A DNA stretch of 64,000 nt, taken from Pirellulaceae bacterium (lineage in GTDB: Bacteria; Planctomycetota; Planctomycetia; Pirellulales; Pirellulaceae). A program made the position numbers and the translations under genes. Under the pieces are notes generated by a model that saw only the letters and a list, made by a program, of their open reading frames with translations, was not told the DNA's origin and did no database searches. Below are positions 58,001 to 64,000 of the stretch, in pieces; the first letter of the stretch is position 1; every line of letters begins with the position of its first letter. The stretch is from positions 4,884,419-4,948,418 of the forward strand of contig OZ247499.1 in assembly GCA_965233625.1 (NCBI GenBank), given 5' to 3'.

Positions 58001-60326
58001 GAAACTGCTTTCGTCGCTGGAAGAAAGTGACATACTTCCGTCACATGTACTGCATACCTGGATGACCGGGGAGGATGTGGAAGACGCACAGGAACTGCAA
58101 CGTGGGCTGAATAGCCTGACTTTCTTTACGGCAGCTACCGGCAATGTCTGCCCGCTTCATCAGCTTCAACTCTTCACGATTACTCACAAGGCGATTCCCG
58201 CCACACAGGATGACATCGTCCTTCCCGCCCGCGCTGCCGCAATCGCCTGTTGCAAGCTGATTCCGCAGGAGCACCCTGGCGTTGCGTGCCGTCACATCGA
58301 CCTGCCGGATGACATAAACGCGTCACACCGTTCTTACGCGTTGCAAAAGATGCTCGCACAAGCTGCAGCCCTTGATGGCGGATCATACGCCTACCGTGAC
58401 GGAAAGCTGCTGACTGAATGTTTTGAACCGTGCGAAGCTCCATCCGCCGGGGTAACAAAGCGTCTACGCGATGGCGACACGTATCTTCTGTTTGGCGGTC
58501 TGGGCGGTATTGGTCTGACTCTTGCCCGTGAGATTGCCCGGCAGGTGCGTGCGAATCTGGTGCTGGTTAGCCGTGGACCGTTACCGTTGCGGGACGAAGC
58601 TTCGCCGCGTGACTTGAAGAAACTCAAGATCATAGATCAGATCCGCGCCGCCGGGTGTCAGGTTCTGACAGTTCAGGGCGACGTCAGCCGCAGCGATTCT
58701 ATTGCTCAAGTGCTACAACAGACGGCTGACCATTTTGGCGCGGTGCACGGGGTGATTCATGCGGCGGGCGTGAGTGGGCCGCTGCGGCCGCTGCAGCAGA
58801 GTTCGCAGGAGGATATCGCGGCCTGCATGCCAGCAAAATTGCACGGTGTAGCGCTGCTGGAAGAATTGCTGGCGGATCAGCCGCTGCGGTTCATTCTTGG
58901 ATGTTCAACCATTGGCGCCACGTTGCATCATCACCGGATTGGTGAGCTGAGTTATCTGGCCGCCAACATGGCGCTGGACGCGTTTCCGTTTCATCAACGC
59001 ACGCGTGGCGATGGCGTCTTCCGGCAGACGATTCAGTGGGATGAGTGGAGCGAAGCGGGAATGGCGGCGGACCTTGCCGCTTCGGGTGGTAACCCGTCGT
59101 CTCCGCTGTTTGATATCGAAGACACGATTTCCCCGGAAGAAGGCGCCAAGGCGTTTGCGGCGGCGCTGGCGACGGATGAGCCGCGCGTTATTGTTTCGGT
59201 GCATGACCTGATAAAGCGTCTTGCCACCGCGGACGCGTCAGAGAGCCATACGGAAGCATCTCAGCAGGCCGCAATTTCTGCTTCAGCGGCGAGTGACACT
59301 ATTGCGTCACTGACGCAGATCTGGTCGGAACTGCTGGGAGCCAGAGATATCCGCCCGGGTGATGACTTCTTTGAACTGGGCGGTAGTTCCTTGCTGGCGG
59401 TGCGGATGAATTCGCAGATTGCCGACAGACTTGGCAAGAAGCTGCCCGTCGGTTCGATCCTTGAACTGCGGACGATTACGCGGCTTGCGGAATTGATCGA
59501 TGGCGGGCAGAAGAAATCGCATCCTTCGCTGGTGGCGATTCAACCCAAGGGCGCCCGCCCGCCGTTGTTTTTGATGCATGCCGCGGGCGGCAACGTGATG
59601 TTCTACCGGCAGCTTGCCGCACACCTTCCTTCGGACCAACCGGTTTATGGGCTTCAATCGCAGGCACTGATCGATGGCGAAGCCACCTTCCGCAGCATCG
59701 AAGAAATGGCCAGCGGGTACGCAGCAGCGATGCTCGCGATGCAACCAGATGGACCCTATCTAACCGGCGGATATTGCATGGGCGGCACCTTGGCGCTGGA
59801 GGTCGCACAGCAGCTGCGGCAGCGTGGTAAAGAAGTGGCCGTCGTAGCGATGTTTGAAACTTACAACTGGGAGAAGTGTAAGCGCCGCAAGCCGATGAGC
59901 GGCGGACGCTTCTGGCTTGAGAAGGTTTACTTCGCGCTTCGCAACGTGTTTGCAGCAGGTAGCGGCGCCTCGAAATTTGTGCGGGAGAAACTAAGTGTCG
60001 TCGGTGCGCGGCGGAAGGTGTGGCGGGGAGAACTCCAGCGTAAAGTGCATTCCGCGCAGGCCAGCGATCAGCAGATGCTGGCGCAGCTCTGGGAGAATAA
60101 CGACCGGGCCGCCATGCAATATCGCCCGCAGCCTTACGATCTGCCTGTGACGATCTTCCGTCCGGAGGTGCGGCACGCTGTGTTCCGCGATTGTGAGTTC
60201 GACCAGGTCAACTGCCACATCGAAACGCTGCCCTGCTTCCCGGCCGCTATGATGCTGGAGCCGTTTGTCGCAGAACTCGCCCGCCGGTTGAACCAGCGCA
60301 TCGAGCAGGCGATTCCGACAGCGTGA
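55050..60326 (+). CDS. type I polyketide synthase module KS-AT-KR-ACP-TE, with a Cys-type thioesterase
   Basis: KS: TACSTSLVAVHTACQSL, EAHGTGT, NIGHL. AT: GHSVGEYAAAC. KR: LLFGGLGGIGLTLAREIA ... SYLAANMALDAF. ACP: FFELGGSSLLAVRM. TE: GYCMGGTLALE, where Cys replaces Ser in GxSxG. The ATG at 55050 lies 49 nt after the upstream stop. Confidence 0.9.
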   Translation: MYQPGEFDIAIIGLAGKFPGADSVDAYWRNLVEGRECIRFFSDEELDRAGVPREIYQRPGYVKAAPVIEGPGLFDARFFGYSQRDAELMDPQHRVFLQCCYHALENAGHTADGFDGRVGVYAGSAMNTYFLYANLAERFAEDYLPTLLASDKDFLSTRVSYQLNLTGPSLTIQTACSTSLVAVHTACQSLINEECDMAMAGGVSIRVPHIAGHQAEEGSVFSPDGHCRPFDASAAGTIFGSGAGVVVLKRAIDAVADGDTIMAVIKGSAVNNDGNRKSGYTAPGVEMQSRAAIEAYAAAGIEPAMISYIEAHGTGTYLGDPIEVAALTSAFRTQTQQQQFCRIGSVKSNIGHLDAAAGVAGLIKTALALKHRTLPPTLHYTTPNPQIDFATSPFIVNHQLTPWATSSAADDIRYAAVNSLGIGGTNAHLVLEEGPRVEAASPGAERPQLLVLSARTETALDATAAKVVSHLVEDGTTSLADAAFTLQTGRNRMEHRRSVVVTDRDDVELLAGQPRAANRLDNPDVIFMFPGQGAQYAGMARGLYEQDAEFKRQIDTFHDQLLAENNIDLRGVLFPAAGEEQQAAELLRRTHVTQPALFAIEYALARLLMRWGVQPAGVTGHSVGEYAAACIAGVMQPADALRLVALRGAMISELPEGKMLAVALPGEAVQERLDARLELAAMNSPGASVVAGDAAMVDAFEAELSNAGVPCQVLRTSHAFHSGMMAPVLEDFRAAVEKVQLRPAQLPIYSTVTGATADPAAYAQPQFWVDNIRQPVRFSEAAAELLKQPNRVLLETGPGQTLSGFIREQPGHNQHHVICTSLRHPREDADDYAFLLRTLGKLWEAGVTPDWQNIHGANRQRVPLPGYVFDNENYWLARSTTVGSTSTTTTPAEPSEPAARPQIPRRPVPQWLYKPKWQAAETGASDEPSTLINRSTDSTWLVFGGREWLPQETANVVTVKPGEMFQQISRHEYRINIHAAEDYRKLLSSLEESDILPSHVLHTWMTGEDVEDAQELQRGLNSLTFFTAATGNVCPLHQLQLFTITHKAIPATQDDIVLPARAAAIACCKLIPQEHPGVACRHIDLPDDINASHRSYALQKMLAQAAALDGGSYAYRDGKLLTECFEPCEAPSAGVTKRLRDGDTYLLFGGLGGIGLTLAREIARQVRANLVLVSRGPLPLRDEASPRDLKKLKIIDQIRAAGCQVLTVQGDVSRSDSIAQVLQQTADHFGAVHGVIHAAGVSGPLRPLQQSSQEDIAACMPAKLHGVALLEELLADQPLRFILGCSTIGATLHHHRIGELSYLAANMALDAFPFHQRTRGDGVFRQTIQWDEWSEAGMAADLAASGGNPSSPLFDIEDTISPEEGAKAFAAALATDEPRVIVSVHDLIKRLATADASESHTEASQQAAISASAASDTIASLTQIWSELLGARDIRPGDDFFELGGSSLLAVRMNSQIADRLGKKLPVGSILELRTITRLAELIDGGQKKSHPSLVAIQPKGARPPLFLMHAAGGNVMFYRQLAAHLPSDQPVYGLQSQALIDGEATFRSIEEMASGYAAAMLAMQPDGPYLTGGYCMGGTLALEVAQQLRQRGKEVAVVAMFETYNWEKCKRRKPMSGGRFWLEKVYFALRNVFAAGSGASKFVREKLSVVGARRKVWRGELQRKVHSAQASDQQMLAQLWENNDRAAMQYRPQPYDLPVTIFRPEVRHAVFRDCEFDQVNCHIETLPCFPAAMMLEPFVAELARRLNQRIEQAIPTA

Positions 60327-60394
60327 CAGCGGGTAAATCGCTGTGCTAAACGCTTCAAGCGGGGCGGTCGTGTTGAGATTGGCTGGATGCGGAG

Positions 60395-60434
60395 CCCCCT
60401 CACCCTAACCCTCTCCCCGGAGGGGCGAGGGGAC
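60395..60434. repeat. ~40-bp 'cccctcaccctaaccctctccccggaggggcgagggga' element, copy 3
   Basis: Read directly from the sequence, 70 nt after the PKS stop. The spurious ORF 60387.. translates it as PLTLTLSPEGRGD. Confidence 0.7.
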
Positions 60435-60569
60435 GAGATGCTGCGCCTGGTTAACGTCGCAACATTGAGTTCATCGTTGCGGACCAGCAATTGTTTGCTT
60501 CGTAACACTGGCTCTTATACACTCGCCAGCCAGGGTAACGTGTTCATTACATCATTTGACGAGGCGGAT

Positions 60570-61451
60570 ATGACGACGCGACTGCTTGCCTGCTTGTGCC
60601 TTATTCTTGTCACTGCTGCCACCGCCTACGGTGAAGAGCCGGCTGGCGGTGCGTTGAAAATCGCCTGGAAGGACAATTACCTTTCGATCTTTGGCGACTT
60701 CCCCGGCAAAGAAATGCGGACGCATTACCTGGAGGCTTACTGCCGCCCCGGCTCGACGGACCGGGACTGGGGCGAAACGGTGATTAAGCACCGCGCTGAA
60801 CTTCTTTCTGCCAGCGAAGATGGTCGCGTGATTAAACTTCGCGATACGCTCGCCGACGGCGTGATTGTGGAGCACGTGATTACGGCGGGCGATGGCGAAG
60901 TGGACTTCCGCCTGACGGCGACGAATCCGACCAGCAAGGCCTCGCAGGCGCATTGGGCGCAGCCTTGCATCCGTGTTGATAAATTCACCGGCGCCGGTCG
61001 GGAAGACGCCCGTGTTCTGGTGCCGAAGTACGCCCGGCAGTGCTTCATTTTTCTCGATGGCGAACTCACGCGGCTGCCGACGCGCCCGTGGGCGGATAAG
61101 GCGCGCTACATTCCCGGGCAGGTTTACCGGCCCGCCCATGTGCCTGCTGATGATGTGAACCCGCGGCCGGTCAGTTCACTGACGCCCTCCAACGGGCTCA
61201 CAGGCGCGTTTACTGCCGACGGTAAACAGTTGATGGCGGTCGTCTGGGAGCCTTACCAGGAACTGTTTCAGGGCGTCATCGCCTGCATACACAGCGATTT
61301 CCGCCTGGGCGGTTTGAAGCCCGGTGAGACCAAGAAGATCCGCGGCAAGATTTATATCATGCCGGCGGATATCAAAGCGTTGGTCAAACGCTACGAAGCG
61401 GACTTCCCGGAGCAGGTAAAACAAGCTGCTGCGAGCCGGGATGATTCGTAG
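60570..61451 (+). CDS. secreted hypothetical protein (293 aa)
   Basis: The ATG at 60570 is preceded by 'gagg'. The signal peptide is MTTRLLACLCLILVTAATAYG. Confidence 0.6.
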   Translation: MTTRLLACLCLILVTAATAYGEEPAGGALKIAWKDNYLSIFGDFPGKEMRTHYLEAYCRPGSTDRDWGETVIKHRAELLSASEDGRVIKLRDTLADGVIVEHVITAGDGEVDFRLTATNPTSKASQAHWAQPCIRVDKFTGAGREDARVLVPKYARQCFIFLDGELTRLPTRPWADKARYIPGQVYRPAHVPADDVNPRPVSSLTPSNGLTGAFTADGKQLMAVVWEPYQELFQGVIACIHSDFRLGGLKPGETKKIRGKIYIMPADIKALVKRYEADFPEQVKQAAASRDDS

Positions 61452-61468
61452 TTAGCGGCGACGTCAGA

Positions 61469-62755
61469 CTAACTGCGTTGATCGACAGGTACAAAGTCGC
61501 GTTCGGTGGGGCCGGTGTAAACCTGACGCGGGCGGCAGATACGTTTGCCGTCTGAGTTGTGCATTTCCACCCAGTGTGCGATCCAGCCCGGCAGCCGGCC
61601 GATGGCGAACAGCACGGTGAACATCTGCACGGGGATGCCCAGCGCGCGGTAGATCACGCCGGAGTAGAAGTCAACGTTCGGATACAGTTTGCGTTTAACG
61701 AAGTACTCGTCATTCAACGCGACTTCTTCCAGTTGCTTGGCGACGTCGAACAGCGGATCGTCAATCTGCAGCTTCTCAAGCAGCTTGTCGCAGGCGGCTT
61801 TGATGATCAGCGCCCGCGGGTCGAAGTTCTTATAGACCCGGTGACCAAAGCCCATCAGGCGGAAGCCGTCGTCTTTGTCTTTGGCCATGTCCACGTATTT
61901 TTTGACGTTGCTGTCATCTTCAATGATGGTTTCCAGCATGTTGACCACTGCCTCGTTGGCGCCGCCATGCAGCGGTCCCCACAACGCACAGATACCGGCG
62001 GCGACCGAAGCAAACAGGTTGGCGTCGGCAGAGCCGACCATCCGCACGGTGGACGTGCTGCAGTTCTGCTCGTGATCGGCGTGCACAATCAGCAGCATGT
62101 TTAATGCGTTGACGAAATCGGGGTCTATTTCATAAGGCTCCGTCGGAACGGCGAACATCATCTGCAGGAAATTTTCGCAGTAGGAATAGTCGTTCTGCGG
62201 ATATACAAACGGCTGCCCGGTCGACTTCTTGTAGCTGTAGGCGGCAATGGTGGGCAGTTTGGCCAGCAGCCGGTGAATGGAAACCTCGACCTGCCGCTCG
62301 TCGTGCGGGTTGAGCGAATCCTGATAGAAGGTAGACATGGCGCCGCAGACCGAAGACAGGATCGCCATCGGGTGCGCATCACGTGGAAAACCGTTGTAGA
62401 ACGACCGCATGTCCTCGTGGATCATGGTGTGCTTACGGATCGAATCCGTAAACTTCTCCAGCTCATCGCGTGTCGGCAGTTCGCCGTAGATAAGCAGATA
62501 CGAAACTTCGAGAAAACCACAGTTGGCGGCAAGCTGTTCAATCGGATAACCACGATATCGCAGGACGCCCGTCTCGCCGTTGAGGAACGTAATCGCGCTG
62601 CGGGTGGAGCCGGTGTTCACATACCCTTCATCCAGGGTGATCATGCCCGTCTGGCCGCGGAGCTTCGAGATATCGAGGGCCTGCTCGTTCTCGACTCCGG
62701 TGACAATAGGGAATTCAATTTCCCGTCCTTCAAGATTCAGCTTGGCTGCGGGCAT
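61469..62755 (-). CDS. gltA: citrate synthase
   Basis: The catalytic region reads LLIVHADHEQNCSTSTVRMVGSADANLFASVAAGICALWGPLHGGANEAV...GFGHRVYKNFDPRA. An 'aagga' SD lies upstream of the ATG at 62755. Confidence 0.9.
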   Translation of the reverse strand: MPAAKLNLEGREIEFPIVTGVENEQALDISKLRGQTGMITLDEGYVNTGSTRSAITFLNGETGVLRYRGYPIEQLAANCGFLEVSYLLIYGELPTRDELEKFTDSIRKHTMIHEDMRSFYNGFPRDAHPMAILSSVCGAMSTFYQDSLNPHDERQVEVSIHRLLAKLPTIAAYSYKKSTGQPFVYPQNDYSYCENFLQMMFAVPTEPYEIDPDFVNALNMLLIVHADHEQNCSTSTVRMVGSADANLFASVAAGICALWGPLHGGANEAVVNMLETIIEDDSNVKKYVDMAKDKDDGFRLMGFGHRVYKNFDPRALIIKAACDKLLEKLQIDDPLFDVAKQLEEVALNDEYFVKRKLYPNVDFYSGVIYRALGIPVQMFTVLFAIGRLPGWIAHWVEMHNSDGKRICRPRQVYTGPTERDFVPVDQRS

Positions 62756-63051
62756 ACGAGTATCCTTGTCCACGTCTCAAGTGTTTCCACCACGGCGGCT
62801 TGTTAAACCAGTCTGCACAACCGTTACAGGAACATTAGTTTTATAGATCGGGTGACAATAGCTACCGGCAAATCACCGGCAGCAAACCGCCCGAGGGTGC
62901 TTCAGTTGCTTTCACGATGTTTTGTCTCGCAGTTTAACCGTCGCAACGCACCACGGCAATTCGGCGCCGGTAAAAACCAGGGGCCGACCTGGTTCATGCA
63001 TTTCCAGGAATATCTATCAGCTGGTCTGGTTTTGAACGACCACGCAGGTGC

Positions 63052-64000
63052 TTAACCTGGCTCGCGGTTGGAGGCGTCTTCGATCTGTGCTGGATCGAGT
63101 TCTTTGACTTCGGGCTGGCGTTTCTTGCGTGTCTTGACGGGCACCATGGATTTCATGGATTCGCGTTTGCCGAAGCACAGCAGGCGGTCGCCCGGCTCGA
63201 GGACGCGGCTTGATTTTGGGTTCGGAATCACCACGTTGCCGCGGTAGAGCGTGAGGACGTTGATGTCCTTGTCGGCAAAGGCGGCGTCGGTGATGGTCAT
63301 GCCGACGAAGTGCGAACCTTCGGGCACGATCAGTTCGCAGACGCCATATCCGCGGCTGACGGTCAGACGCTGACGGATATCCATCTCCGGGAAATCGACA
63401 TGGGCGGCGCAGTATTCCACCACGGCGCCGGCGATATCTTTGCCGGTCGCGCGTTCGATACCTTCCAGCCCCGGCGAGCTGTTGACTTCCATCACCTGCG
63501 GGCCTTTCAGCCCTTCCAGCATGTCCACGCCTGCGACCTGCAGACCCATAATCTGCGCGGCGCGGACGGCAGTCTCGCTGTATTGTTCGTCCAGTTCAAC
63601 GGCTTCCACACTGCCGCCGCGGTGCACGTTGCTGCGGAACTCGTCGCCTTGGGCCACGCGCCGCATGGCGCCGACAACACGGTCGCCTACGACGAAGGCG
63701 CGGACGTCGCGGCCTTTGCTTTCGGACACAAAGTTTTGCAGCAGCACGTTCTGACGGGCCGACTGAAGCGTCTCGATAATTGCTTCGGCCACCTTCAGGT
63801 TGTCGGCCAGAATCACGCCTACACCCTGCGTGCCTTCCAGCAGTTTAATGATCACCGGGGCGCCGCCAGTGCGTTCGATCGAAGGCAGCACGTCCGCACG
63901 GTCGCGGACAAAGGTGGTCTTCGGCATGCCGATGTTGTGGCGGCTCAGAATCTGCATGCTGCGCAGCTTGTCGCGACTGTTCGAGATGCCATTGGAAGAG
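63052..64000 (-). CDS. rimK: RimK-family ATP-grasp ligase with a C-terminal TrkA-C-like domain; N-terminus lies outside the window
   Basis: SRDKLRSMQILSRHNIGMP...GGAPVIIKLLEGTQGVGVILA...DEFRSNVHRGGSVE...QVMEVNSSPGLEGIE closely parallels E. coli RimK (ARDKLRSMQLLAR..). The reading frame stays open up to position 64000. Confidence 0.8.
   Translation of the reverse strand, partial: SSNGISNSRDKLRSMQILSRHNIGMPKTTFVRDRADVLPSIERTGGAPVIIKLLEGTQGVGVILADNLKVAEAIIETLQSARQNVLLQNFVSESKGRDVRAFVVGDRVVGAMRRVAQGDEFRSNVHRGGSVEAVELDEQYSETAVRAAQIMGLQVAGVDMLEGLKGPQVMEVNSSPGLEGIERATGKDIAGAVVEYCAAHVDFPEMDIRQRLTVSRGYGVCELIVPEGSHFVGMTITDAAFADKDINVLTLYRGNVVIPNPKSSRVLEPGDRLLCFGKRESMKSMVPVKTRKKRQPEVKELDPAQIEDASNREPG

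Noticed and set aside
60387-60569. 5' extension of ORF 60387..61451 (MRSPLTLTLSPEGRGD...)
   Set aside because: This part is the translated 40-bp repeat element. The real gene more likely starts at the ATG at 60570, which has an SD and a signal peptide.

Overview
A 64-kb high-GC chromosomal segment (roughly 60% GC, estimated by eye) with the gene content typical of a Planctomycetes genome, a mix of housekeeping and accessory loci.

Housekeeping genes: RpoD-like sigma-70, miaA, citrate synthase, a partial rimK, an FKBP-type PPIase and a sulfite reductase hemoprotein.

Planctomycete hallmark proteins: a PSCyt1/PSCyt2/PSD1 protein, a TIGR02996-like 'repeat-companion' protein, WD40 proteins, and a 1909-aa adhesin with SdrD/CnaB-like tandem domains, a poly-Pro linker and FG-GAP repeats.

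Accessory content:
- an NRPS-like A-PCP-TE gene with a putative Fe/2OG dioxygenase and an NMT1-like protein;
- a compact two-gene polyketide locus: an FkbH-type glyceryl-loading DH-FkbM-FkbH-ACP protein plus a KS-AT-KR-ACP-TE module whose TE has a Cys nucleophile;
- a GT4-HAD-GT4 operon;
- an NfeD-flotillin operon and a separate FloA-like gene;
- a 1232-aa SMC/RecF-like ATPase carrying tandem DUF4332 domains and a eukaryote-like Arg/Ser-rich tract;
- a WD40-caspase gene interrupted by a single in-frame TGA;
- two different IS110-family transposases.

The most striking non-coding signal is a family of about 145-bp elements with perfect 26-bp terminal inverted repeats: five full or near-full copies, one miniature copy, and one copy truncated exactly where an IS110 element sits. 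A second family of about 40 bp, 'cccctcaccctaaccctctccccggaggggcgagggga', occurs four times at gene ends.

No rRNA, tRNA or CRISPR array was recognised. All functional calls come from reading motifs in the six-frame translations. No database search was run.
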